A stretch of DNA of 64,000 bases. Origin: Marinibactrum halimedae. GTDB taxonomy: Bacteria > Pseudomonadota > Gammaproteobacteria > Pseudomonadales > Cellvibrionaceae. Shown here in pieces: positions 21,001 to 30,021 of the stretch. The DNA is taken from the NCBI RefSeq assembly GCF_021234875.1, contig NZ_JAJQVM010000003.1, positions 83,541 to 147,540 of the forward strand. The letters run 5' to 3'. Numbering within the stretch: the first letter of the stretch is position 1; each line of letters starts with the position of its first letter. A program made the position numbers and the translations under genes. The notes beneath the pieces are model-generated. The model was given only the letters and a program-made list of their open reading frames with translations, ran no database searches and had not been told where the DNA came from.

Positions 21001-22023
21001 GGATTTCATAATACGGGAACACGTCAAACTCAAGGGGTAATCGTAATGAGTATTGATGATGGTATCGGTTTATTGGATGCGGGCTTAACCGATATTGACC
21101 CGAATTATGATGCGTTAGTGGTGGTGGTAAATGGCACAGCGCAATCGCAATCGCATCGTATTCCAACGGCACAAGGTTTTTCTCTGCACCCGGTATTGGC
21201 TTCGTCGGTGGACGCCACGGTTCGCACTTCAACCTTTACCTATGATGCCTCAACTAACTCTGGTGAATTTACAGTGCCAGCCCAGACGATGGCGGTGTTT
21301 GTAAAGGCCCAAGGGGCTACACAAGGCGAAGGGTTGGCTGCCGATGCCACCAGTGGTGAACCGGATGTGGCACCGTTTGGTGGGACGACGGTATTTATTC
21401 GTGGCTCCATGAATGACTGGGGTGAAGTGGATATCTTAGAATACCAAAGTGCAGGAATTTACCGACTGGAGCGCACATTAACGACGGGAGATTATGAATT
21501 TAAAGTCGCCAGTTCAGATTGGAGTACGGTGGACTTGGGGGGGAGTGGCTCTGCAGTGGTATTGGGTACACCCCAAAATCTCATCTCAGCCGGGAGTAAT
21601 ATTCCCCTTTCTATTGCGCAAGATGGTCAATACGTTTTCACCGTTGATGCTTTAGACATTAATAACCCCACGATTACGGTGAATGAAAAAGTACCCTTTG
21701 ATGCAACGACGATTTATGTGCGAGGCAGTTTAAATGGGTGGAGTACGGATAATCCAATGACCTACAGCGGGAATAACCTATATACCACCAGCATGAGTTT
21801 GGCGGTAGGGGATTATGAATTTAAAATTGCTTCAGAAGATTGGACAACGGTGGATTTTGGTGGGAATGGTACAGACAATGCCGTTGTGCTAGATACACCA
21901 AAAACGTTAACGGCAGTAGGTGCTAATTTAACGTTAACCATTTCGGTAGCGGGAAATTATCAGTTCTTTATTAATGCAGCCGATAGCGCCAATCCTAACG
22001 TGACCATCAGGGCAGTGCCGTAG
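18004..22023 (+). CDS. pulA: type I pullulanase (GH13 alpha-1,6-glucosidase) lipoprotein with two tandem C-terminal carbohydrate-binding modules
   Basis: GH13 motifs (YNHT, GFRFDVMGH, EGWNFGDD). Lipobox LLLLGVVSC. Two roughly 100-aa repeats at the C-terminus (GDYEFKVASSDWSTVDLGG / GDYEFKIASEDWTTVDFGG). The start could be 17989 or 18004. Confidence 0.85.
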   Translation: MGVLKRIVVRFSKFPFLKDGLLKKIILSLLLLGVVSCGGSGNDTESGSTLFTCNQPLVISESGNSCVEPPSLECPTPLVPDADNVMCIPAVDPTLPEPSIQPGDNQAVLYYNRGDGVYDNWKLHIWNDNGAPCDAYSDEQLNGVDWNNGVVHSGVDPNYGAYWILALKDGFSECANFIIHDADEKENCGQDKRLFLTGERMTFALQEVCDVYNTPILSLGVSVAGASAIWVSENTLLWDAPTDAAQYRLHVSSDAGLNFDSEAGVTNGRVTSLAPVEFTSELTSQFPHLSSYTPFSHNENRNWVTAALKGELIAVAYDANNAPIAATRVQIAEVLDDVFTSGDNDANEATLGIQYENIGDSAQRNISAQLWAPTAQQVRIKIFSSDKTLLDTQAMTLDEATGIWRATGSNWDRQFYRYEVTAFHPASNAIEVMETTDPYSVSLSTNGEYSQFVNLSDTELKPIGWDTHNIPTLDAWEDAIIYEGHVRDFSIWDESTSVDNRGKYLAFTETNSVPMQHLQSLVNNGLNVLHLLPTNDITTVNERGAERVDLTDTVEKLCSLNNAAPVCGVENGSSILRDVLASYDPASTDAQALVNSLRGLDGFNWGYDPHHFGTPEGSYATDPDGVARIIEMRAMIQSLHQMGLRVISDVVYNHTASSGLNPNSVLDKVVPGYYHRLNETSGAVENSTCCDNTAPERVMMSKLMTDTLVIWAQHYKFDGFRFDVMGHIPKSEILAAQAAVLAVDSDNHFYGEGWNFGDDVRDGKRFEQATQANMAGTEISTFNDRIRESVRSADLFMENGSLLEQDFIRISMAGTLKDYIFQDQNGLSVRADSVFWNSQPAGYGEDPADIMNYVSKHDNETLWDILQTNLPSSESLESRVRLQNIAIAIPLVSQGIPFLQFGGDFLRSKSLDRNTYDAGEWFNDVDFTLNSSNWNIGLPLAQDNESKWDNMRALIANPQSQPQPSHLQFASQAFQEFLSIRSNSALFRLQNKEEVLARIGFHNTGTRQTQGVIVMSIDDGIGLLDAGLTDIDPNYDALVVVVNGTAQSQSHRIPTAQGFSLHPVLASSVDATVRTSTFTYDASTNSGEFTVPAQTMAVFVKAQGATQGEGLAADATSGEPDVAPFGGTTVFIRGSMNDWGEVDILEYQSAGIYRLERTLTTGDYEFKVASSDWSTVDLGGSGSAVVLGTPQNLISAGSNIPLSIAQDGQYVFTVDALDINNPTITVNEKVPFDATTIYVRGSLNGWSTDNPMTYSGNNLYTTSMSLAVGDYEFKIASEDWTTVDFGGNGTDNAVVLDTPKTLTAVGANLTLTISVAGNYQFFINAADSANPNVTIRAVP

Positions 22024-22078
22024 TATAAAAGTGTCGTTCAAACACGATTTCCCAGTACTGTAAAGTACGAATTAAATG

Positions 22079-22112
22079 GCCGCCCTGAAAATACCACAAT
22101 TTTCAGGGCGGC
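22079..22112. terminator. 13-bp perfect-stem hairpin downstream of pulA
   Basis: GCCGCCCTGAAAA-N8-TTTTCAGGGCGGC. No clean U-tract follows, so it could be a terminator or a REP-like element. Confidence 0.4.
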
Positions 22113-22463
22113 TAATGGTATCCAAAATGGATTTTTTGGCTGAATTCTCTCAGGGTTATATTACCCGCCGCTTGCGGCGGGGTAGTTTATTGTATCGACC
22201 AGAAAAGACGACATCGAAGATGTTGGGAGAGTCAGAAAGAAGCGTTATGGAATTACGTCAATTTACGAAATTGATGTTTAAATATTTGCCCGTCTTCAAT
22301 ATACTTGCCGCCACAACTTCTGAGCTCTCGCTCACCAGATAGAGTAATCGTTATGTAATTTTTCCTCTGCGCGCTACTACCCACAGTGCGCTCACTATGC
22401 TCAATATCAAAAGCCCCTATCTTGATTAATATCAGGAGAGGTACATAGTGTTTGGAGGAAATA

Positions 22464-23099
22464 ATGACAAACCGCCGTAAATACCCTCGTACCCCACACT
22501 TACCGTGGTCACCCGGTTTCAACCACGATGATGTTCGTACGCTCAATGTTAAAGCCTTTGAAGGCAAAAGAATTGTTGTCACAGAAAAAATGGATGGTGA
22601 AAACACCATTCTTTACCGTGATGGCCTCCATGCTCGGTCTCTAGACAGCCGTCATCACCCTTCTCGTGATTGGGTGAAGCAATGGCATTCAACGATTGCC
22701 CATGAGATTCCAAAGGGGTGGCGAGTATGTGGTGAGAATTTATATGCACAGCACTCAATCACTTATACCGACTTACTCAGTTATTTTTACGGTTTTTCTC
22801 TTTGGAATGATAAAAATTATTGCTTAGGCTGGGAGGAGACCCTCGAGTGGTTCGATCTATTGAATATTGCTGTGCCAACGGTTTTTTATCATGGCATCTG
22901 GGATGAAGAACTGATTAAAGCGATTTCCGTCAATGAACAGAAAGTTGAGGGCTATGTGGTGCGTATCGTAGAGTCTTTTGCTTACGATGCCTTCTCACGA
23001 TCTGTGGCTAAATGGGTGCGTAGCAACCACGTACAAACGGATGAGCATTGGATGTTTATGGAACTTGTGCCGAATGGACTGGAGCCTAATGGAGGTTAA
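22464..23099 (+). CDS. small ATP-dependent polynucleotide (RNA) ligase, Rnl family
   Basis: KxDG nucleotidyltransferase motif I (TEKMDGEN) and an N-terminal KYPRTPHL motif. GGAGGA RBS 6 nt upstream of the ATG. Forms the conserved ligase plus HD-Pnk pair. Confidence 0.8.
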   Translation: MTNRRKYPRTPHLPWSPGFNHDDVRTLNVKAFEGKRIVVTEKMDGENTILYRDGLHARSLDSRHHPSRDWVKQWHSTIAHEIPKGWRVCGENLYAQHSITYTDLLSYFYGFSLWNDKNYCLGWEETLEWFDLLNIAVPTVFYHGIWDEELIKAISVNEQKVEGYVVRIVESFAYDAFSRSVAKWVRSNHVQTDEHWMFMELVPNGLEPNGG

Positions 23100-23100
23100 G

Positions 23101-24374
23101 ATGAATGACAAAACGCTTAGTCATTGGTTGGAAAGTTTATCCCTTGCAGCAACCCCAGATATTGATGAATGCATTGACACTTTAGGTGACCATATATCCT
23201 GGTTGTATGAATTTAAAGACACACAACAAGATCCAGAGTGGCATGCAGAGGGTGATGTCCATATCCATACTGGGATGGTACTGAATGAGCTTTATGATCT
23301 ATTAGGTAGCCAAGCTCGACATATTACTGGCGGTCGACGGCAAGCTTTGATACTGGCTGCTCTATTGCATGACATCGGAAAACCCAAATGTACCAAGGCT
23401 ATTGAGATTAAGGGTATACACCGAATTGCATCACCACAGCATGAGAGTATCGGTCGCTCATACTTAGCGTTTGCCTTACAAACGTTACCGCTTTCTTTCG
23501 AGGTTTATTGGCAGGTACTGGGGCTTGTGGGAGAGCATCATATGCCCAAACTATTAGCGGTGAAGAACATGTCGCGTGGTCAATACTTGGCGTTATCACG
23601 CCGGACGGATACAGAGCTGTTGTATTGGTTAGAGGTTGCCGACATGAGAGGGAGAAAATGCCCTGATTTGTCACTTCAGTTGTCGCACCTTGATGAATTT
23701 GCCTTGTTCGCCGAAGAATACAACGTTTGGGGCAAAGCATTTATGTGGCCTCAATCTGCATTAATCGGGGAGTCTGATACGGCAAGGCACTATGTTTATG
23801 CAAGCGGTTTACAAGCTATGGAACAGGATCGTATTTTTCATCCGGATGAAGCTTTAGCAATCGCCTATCAACATAAAGATCAGCATCCTCAAGTCATGGT
23901 CATGTGTGGCCCTAGTGGCTCGGGTAAGTCGACGTGGATTGCTCAACATGCTTCAGAGTATGAGGTTATATCGCTGGATGAATTAAGACAGGAGGTTAAT
24001 GGAAACCGTAGTAACCAAAAAACAAAGGACAAATTTTACACTTGGCTAAGGATCGTTTTAAAGACAGTTTGCGCCGAAAAGCGAAAGTGATTTGGGATGC
24101 AACCAATCTCCGTAGTGACTTTCGCAGTATGATCATTGAGCTTGCTGAAGCTTATCATGCTCTGGTGACAATGGTTGTCTTTCTATTGCCGGAAGACGAG
24201 CTATTGAAAGCGGATCAACAACGTCAATACAGTGTAGGTTCCCAGGTATTGCGGGCTCAAATTGATAGTTATCAATTCCCCTTGGTCAATGAGTGTCACC
24301 GTATGATAGTCGTAGGTGTTAAGGGCAAAGAATGTTTTCGCACGGGGTTTGTTGATGACAAGTCCATTTATTAA
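23101..24374 (+). CDS. HD-Pnk: N-terminal HD 2',3'-phosphoesterase domain plus C-terminal P-loop 5'-OH polynucleotide kinase, interrupted by a -1 frameshift (pseudogene or sequencing error)
   Basis: HD motif (…LLHDIGK…) and Walker A (GPSGSGKST) lie in frame 1 up to 24090. The kinase continuation (…KVIWDATNL…) is in another frame (24042..24374). The shift maps to an A6 run around 24016-24021. Confidence 0.7.
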
Positions 24375-24646
24375 ATACCCACGAACGCAGTCATTGTCTG
24401 AAACTCAGTTTTGCGATGATGATTTGGCCTTACCAGGGGGTGATAGCTGGGTAATAGAAGAAAAAATGGATGGTACACAATTAGGTTTGTCATTTAATGG
24501 AAGGGCTATATATAAAAATGGAGTCAGATCGCCATGTGCTGAAACGCTATAAATGGGTGCGCCCAGAGTTTGTGCGTTTTATCATTAAAAAAGCTGAGCA
24601 TTGGCGAGAAAGAAAGATTACTTTAAATAAACGATTAGGGGAGTAA
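24355..24646 (+). pseudogene. decayed second copy of the Rnl-family ligase (N-terminal about 65 aa, then a frame change to a C-terminal KWVR…EHW remnant)
   Basis: MTSPFIKYPRTQSL…EEKMDGTQ parallels the upstream ligase N-terminus. After a stop at 24552, the +1 frame encodes YKWVRPEFVRF…EHWR, matching the ligase C-terminus (AKWVRSNHVQTDEHW). The central roughly 100 aa are missing. Confidence 0.55.
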
Positions 24647-24773
24647 TGACTTTTTTTATTGATTTAGCTTAAGCTTGGTTGCTTTTTACCTACCCTGAGG
24701 GTGTGCGGGCTAAACGATATATTTTAAGTATGGTGCGAGATACACTTATTTTCCTGAGTAAGCTACTGGAGGC

Positions 24774-25787
24774 TCATGACACCAATACTTTCCAGCTATT
24801 CGATGCGAGCTTGCTTATGGTGATTTTAGTCCCCACGAATGCTTGAATAATTTCAGCATTGGTCTTCAAGTGCAGACTGGGTTCTATCGTCGTAAAACTA
24901 CCACCCGCTCCAAGCGCCATAGGCAGTAGTAGCTGATCAGCCAGATACTCACCAATAACGGAATTCGAAGAAAGATACGTTTTGAGTTTATCGGCGGCGT
25001 TATCCGCAACAACTTCAGCGGAAACACTTCTCTCCCCAATTACCTCTACACACTCTGTGATCTCCTCGTATTTAGCCTGTAATGAGAGAATGTTTCCGGG
25101 GCCAACGGATTTCACAAGTCGTTTATTTAAATCGACACATATCGGCGAAAAGTGATCGGTCACTCTGCGCAACTCTCTATCCACCACGTGGCCAGGAATT
25201 TGTGCAGAGGTTGCAACAGCTGTTAAGGATAATAATTCTCCACGCCTCTCATTTTGGTAGCTGACTATTTTGTCTGTAGAACGGATATAAGCTTTCCAAG
25301 CACCTCCGCCAGCGGGATAAAAACCAAAACGTTCAAGTTCTGCCTCTATCATCACGCCCATTTTTTCCAATTCAGGTAAAAATGACTGCCGAATAAAATC
25401 AAAACTTGGCGCCATCCCATTATGCGTTCCACCTTCTAATAATAATTCACTGTCGCTGCCGGCCAGCAGTAACGGCAAATAAACGGTTTGAAACACCAAG
25501 GTAGTGCTTCCTGCTGAACCAACGGCAAAATGGTATTTTCCCGCCCGAACCTTTCCAGGAATAAATTCAACGAGAGTAGAGCCTAGAGTTGCTCCCTTAA
25601 CTTTCGCCTCACAAATTTCTTGCGCCGCCTTTAAGCACGTTAAGTGCTGACGTAAAAGCCCTGGCTTTTTTCTGCCTGCACGGATATTTGTTATGGTAAC
25701 TGGCTCACCGAGACACATTGAAAGCGTCAAGCTAGTGCGAAAAACCTGACCCCCACCTTCACCTTGAGAGCCATCAATTATTTTCAT
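24774..25787 (-). CDS. rtcA: RNA 3'-terminal phosphate cyclase
   Basis: MKIIDGSQGEGGGQVFRTSL… N-terminus, 337 aa. Downstream of and co-oriented with rtcB. Confidence 0.9.
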   Translation of the reverse strand: MKIIDGSQGEGGGQVFRTSLTLSMCLGEPVTITNIRAGRKKPGLLRQHLTCLKAAQEICEAKVKGATLGSTLVEFIPGKVRAGKYHFAVGSAGSTTLVFQTVYLPLLLAGSDSELLLEGGTHNGMAPSFDFIRQSFLPELEKMGVMIEAELERFGFYPAGGGAWKAYIRSTDKIVSYQNERRGELLSLTAVATSAQIPGHVVDRELRRVTDHFSPICVDLNKRLVKSVGPGNILSLQAKYEEITECVEVIGERSVSAEVVADNAADKLKTYLSSNSVIGEYLADQLLLPMALGAGGSFTTIEPSLHLKTNAEIIQAFVGTKITISKLASNSWKVLVS

Positions 25788-25877
25788 CTTACTTCCTTAG
25801 TTTCTCTTATCCTTAAACGCTTATTTCTTTAAACTTTATTTTCTTAAGCAAGGGGCCATCCTTAGCCAGGAGCTTGC

Positions 25878-27104
25878 TCACCCCTTAACACATACCACCT
25901 GCTTTAGGGTATACACCACCTCGACCAAATCTTTTTGAGCCTCCATGACTTTTTCGATTGGCTTATACGCGGAGGGTGTTTCGTCAATAACACCTTCATC
26001 CTTGCGGCATTCTACGCCTTCGGTGGCTTGGCGATGTTCTTCCAATGACACTAACTTTTTAGCCTTGGTTCGCGACATAATTCGTCCCGCTCCGTGGCTG
26101 CAACTACAGAAGCTTTCTTCATTTCCTAATCCACGGACAATAAATGAGCGAGCCCCCATACTTCCTGGAATAATACCCATCTCACCTTCACGGGCACGCA
26201 CAGCTCCCTTACGAGTAACCAAAACATTTTTTCCATAATGGTTTTCTCTAGACACATAATTATGATGGCAATTTACCGCTTCCATGCGTGCGTCAAAGTC
26301 TCGATGCAGGGTACTCTTAACGGCATCAATCACCCGAGCCATCATCACTTCACGATTAATGCGCGCGAAGTTTTGCGCCCACTCCACCGCCTCAACGTAC
26401 TCATCAAAGTGATCCGTACCTTCAGGCAAATACGCCAAATCAGAATCTGGAAGTTGGATATGCCAACGCTCCATATCTTTTTTCGCTTTTTCAATAAAGT
26501 GCGTGCCGATTCGGTTTCCCACACCACGTGAGCCGCTGTGTAACATTAACCAAACGCTATCATGCTCATCCAAACACATTTCAATAAAGTGATTTCCCGT
26601 CCCAAGCGTTCCTAAGTGATTAATGTTATTGGTATTCTTTAGTACTCGATGCTTATCTTTTAATACATCAAACTGTGCTGATAAAGGCATCCAAGCGGTC
26701 ATGACATCATCAGGAATATTGGCCCAAGCGCCTTTATCGCGGCCTCCTCTGGCGCGAGCGGAGCGTCCATGGGGCACAGCGCGTTCAATGGCATTTCGAA
26801 TTCCTGATAAGTTATCGGGTAAATCGGAAGCGGTTAAGCTGGTTCGCACTGCCATCATTCCGCAGCCAATGTCCACGCCAACCGCTGCTGGTATCACTGC
26901 GCCTAAGGTTGGAACAACACTCCCAATCGTTGCACCTTTGCCTAAATGAACATCCGGCATTGCCGCGATCCACTTATGAATAAACGGCAAGCGAGAGATG
27001 TTTTTTAACTGCTGTCTGGCTTCGGGCTCAAAAGAAACACCTTTGGTCCACGACTTAATCGGAACACCGCCTTCCTGCATCACTTCATAAGCATTTTCAA
27101 TCAC
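25878..27104 (-). CDS. rtcB: RNA-splicing ligase RtcB (3'-phosphate/5'-OH ligase)
   Basis: 408 aa with PDVHLGKG and other conserved His/Cys metal ligands. Confidence 0.9.
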   Translation of the reverse strand: MIENAYEVMQEGGVPIKSWTKGVSFEPEARQQLKNISRLPFIHKWIAAMPDVHLGKGATIGSVVPTLGAVIPAAVGVDIGCGMMAVRTSLTASDLPDNLSGIRNAIERAVPHGRSARARGGRDKGAWANIPDDVMTAWMPLSAQFDVLKDKHRVLKNTNNINHLGTLGTGNHFIEMCLDEHDSVWLMLHSGSRGVGNRIGTHFIEKAKKDMERWHIQLPDSDLAYLPEGTDHFDEYVEAVEWAQNFARINREVMMARVIDAVKSTLHRDFDARMEAVNCHHNYVSRENHYGKNVLVTRKGAVRAREGEMGIIPGSMGARSFIVRGLGNEESFCSCSHGAGRIMSRTKAKKLVSLEEHRQATEGVECRKDEGVIDETPSAYKPIEKVMEAQKDLVEVVYTLKQVVCVKG

Positions 27105-27189
27105 TGCTCAATCCTCTTCATGTTTATTGGTTAGCAGGCGTATTTCGTTGATAGGCCTGCTTTATTGATATTCATGTTGACATGAGCGT

Positions 27190-27207
27190 AGCGAAGACAG
27201 TGCCAAA
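27190..27207 (-). promoter_or_regulatory. sigma-54 (-24/-12) promoter for rtcBA
   Basis: The minus strand reads TGGCAC-TGTCT-TCGCT, with GG and GC elements spaced 10 nt apart. It is about 85 nt upstream of the rtcB ATG and faces divergent rtcR. Confidence 0.6.
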
Positions 27208-27362
27208 CTTTTGATATCTAACCAAAAAACACTTAACTCATTGTTTTTAATGATAAAAAATGTAATAACGTGGATAAGTTGTCATCCATCTATTTTATCA
27301 ATGCATATCTATTTCGATAGATTTATAATAGTTTGGATAATGGTATTAATAGGAGTTACCCC

Positions 27363-28994
27363 ATGAAAACCGTCGCTATTAGCATACTCGGCACCGTACT
27401 CGATAAACGAGGCAAGCGCGGTAAGCGCTGGGATAAATGGCGACCTACGGTTTCGATGTTTCAACACGATGACTTGATGATTGATCGTTTAGATCTCGTA
27501 TTTGATAGGAACTCCCAGCGGCTTGCAGACCAAGTCACCGAGGATATTTATCATGCATCACCTGAAACAAAAGTGGTTCATCACTACGTTAACTTTGAAC
27601 ATCCTTGGGACTTCGAAACGGTCTATAGCGAGCTGTTAGATTTTTGTAGGAGCTACACATTTAAGCCAAGCAGAGAGCAGTATTTAACCCATATCACCAC
27701 AGGCACGCACGTCGCCCAAATATGCTTATATCTGTTAACGGAGGCGGGGTACTTACCAGGAAAACTCCTTCAAACCTCTCCCCCGAGAAAAAACAGTGCC
27801 GGAGAAAACGAAACTCATTCCGGAAAAAACCAAAGCAGTGCCGGCGAATACCAAATCATCGATTTGGATCTGTCCAAGTACGACCAAATTGCTTCGCGCT
27901 TTCAAAAAGAACACAAAGAGGGAACCTCCTATCTGAAAGGGGGAATTGAAACCAATAACCCTGCGTTCAACACGATGATTGAACAGCTAGAGAAGGTTTC
28001 CGTTCGATCCAATGAACCCATATTAATCACAGGGCCAACGGGCGCAGGCAAATCTCAACTTGCACAAAGGGTCTACGAACTCAGAAAGCATAGAGGCATT
28101 ATTGAAGGAAATCTTGTCGCCGTTAACTGTGCAACGTTACGAGGCGAAAACGCTATGTCAGCGCTGTTTGGCCATAAAAAGGGGGCTTTTACTGGCGCCA
28201 CCACCGATAGACCGGGGCTACTAAAAGAAGCGGATCAAGGCCTTCTTTTTTTAGATGAAATTGGCGAACTCGGCATTGATGAACAGGCTATGTTGCTGCG
28301 TGCCATTGAAGATAAACGTTTTATCCCATTTGGGGCAGATAAAGAAACCAGCAGTAACTTTCAACTCATAGCAGGGACCAATAAAGATCTTGCGAAATAC
28401 GCTCATGAAGGTAAATTTCGGGAAGATCTGCTAGCAAGAATAGACCTTTGGGAATACAACCTCCCATCTTTAAAAGAACGACCGGAAGACATTGAGCCCA
28501 ACATTGAATACGAAATTGAAAAATTCGCCTCAAAGAGCGGTCAACTCATCAGCTTTAATAAAACAGCTCGGGACATCTATCTGAGTTTCAGCCAGTCTCC
28601 CGAAGCTAAGTGGTCGGCCAATTTTCGTGATCTTAATGCGAGTATTACACGACTTGGCACCCTGGCGGATGGAGGACGAATTACCGCCGGTCTAGTGAAA
28701 GAAGAAATCGATCGCCTGAAAACCAAATGGAAAGTCTCCAAGCAATCAAACGACAACCCAATCGAAATGACAAAAGATCTGATTGGCGAAGCCAGATTCA
28801 ACCACCTCGACCTCTACGATCAAATTATCTTAGCCGGAATTACAAAGGTGTGCCGAAACTCAAATTCAATGGCAGAAGCCGGTAGAACTTTGTTTAATCA
28901 AAGTCGCACAACCAAAAAGTCTACGAATGATTCTCACCGCGTTCGACAGCTACTAGAAAAGTACGGTGTTTCGTTTGATGAGCTGAACCGATAA
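27363..28994 (+). CDS. rtcR: sigma-54-dependent transcriptional activator RtcR (CARF domain, AAA+ domain, HTH)
   Basis: N-terminal CARF-like domain, GAFTGA-type AAA+ (ITGPTGAGKS…GAFTGA), divergent from rtcBA. ATG at 27363 with an AGGAG RBS. Confidence 0.85.
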   Translation: MKTVAISILGTVLDKRGKRGKRWDKWRPTVSMFQHDDLMIDRLDLVFDRNSQRLADQVTEDIYHASPETKVVHHYVNFEHPWDFETVYSELLDFCRSYTFKPSREQYLTHITTGTHVAQICLYLLTEAGYLPGKLLQTSPPRKNSAGENETHSGKNQSSAGEYQIIDLDLSKYDQIASRFQKEHKEGTSYLKGGIETNNPAFNTMIEQLEKVSVRSNEPILITGPTGAGKSQLAQRVYELRKHRGIIEGNLVAVNCATLRGENAMSALFGHKKGAFTGATTDRPGLLKEADQGLLFLDEIGELGIDEQAMLLRAIEDKRFIPFGADKETSSNFQLIAGTNKDLAKYAHEGKFREDLLARIDLWEYNLPSLKERPEDIEPNIEYEIEKFASKSGQLISFNKTARDIYLSFSQSPEAKWSANFRDLNASITRLGTLADGGRITAGLVKEEIDRLKTKWKVSKQSNDNPIEMTKDLIGEARFNHLDLYDQIILAGITKVCRNSNSMAEAGRTLFNQSRTTKKSTNDSHRVRQLLEKYGVSFDELNR

Positions 28995-29375
28995 GTAGAT
29001 GAGTGGATATGGAGCTCTCCATAAGCTCGATAGGCACAGCGTCTATATAATTAACGGCTTACTGGTGTGCTGTTCAATAGTTAAGAACAAGCCACCAAAC
29101 GATATTTAAGTTGCACGGATTGTGAGACTAGCGGCATCTAAAATAAATCTCTTCTACAAAATCACTTGACTTTAACACCTCGGTTCATACAATCCGCTCA
29201 AACTTAATTTGAGATTGTAATGACTTTACTACGTTGTAAGCACAGCAGTTTTTCTATTTGGACGCCTGGGATGATATGTCATCCACAGGAGGATCTCGCA
29301 CGTCCACACTTTGCCTGCTAGACCAAAGCTCTGGTAGGCAATACGCCTTCCAGCTTTAGTTTAAGTATTCAAACA

Positions 29376-29418
29376 AAAACCCGGAAGGCGATTGACGCTT
29401 TTCGGGTTTTTTTTTGCC
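29376..29418 (+). terminator. orphan intrinsic terminator (hairpin plus T9)
   Basis: CCCGGAAGGCG-ATTGA-CGCTTTTCGGG followed by TTTTTTTTT, about 400 nt past the rtcR stop with no ORF upstream. Confidence 0.5.
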
Positions 29419-30021
29419 CATGGATGGGCTTATGCAGCGAAGCACAGGATGTGCGAGAGCGTATTTGCCCGAAGGAAATTAAAGATTGAAATTAGGGCTC
29501 CCAACGGGTGGTTGCGGAAGCAACAAAGTATATGAATATACTTTTCACGCTCATGAACCACCAAATTTAGGATATCAACAGGAAAGAGAAATTTATTTTA
29601 ATTGAGGCTTAGAACATTTTTGTATAGATGAATAGTGTGATTTAACCGGTAGAGAAATTTTGAATTCTAGTCAATTTTTCTCCGATAACCCCTTTCCGAA
29701 ATATTGCCATAAGTTGCAGTAGGGGATTGCTCACCCTAAAAAAAATAATGTTATATAACGTTCAGAAATACACTTAAATAATCACCAAAAAATTAAATTT
29801 GCAAAGAAAAAAATCAGCACGTATCGTTTAAAACAGATTCGCAACACGAACAAAAACAGTAAGTAAGAAATTATGAATTTTATCTGTCAGCAACATAACA
29901 AGCATTTTTATTTATCGGACTGGTCCACACCGTCCATAGAGACAAATGTACTCCGTAGTGGGCTAGAACACCCCTGCGTGAAAATTGGTGATAGCAATTT
30001 GATGTAAATAGCTTTCAATAA

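Noticed and set aside
22076-22609. ORFs 22076..22342 (+) and 22253..22609 (-)
   Set aside because: The first consists largely of the 13-bp-stem hairpin after pulA. The second is antisense to the RNA ligase gene and its promoter.
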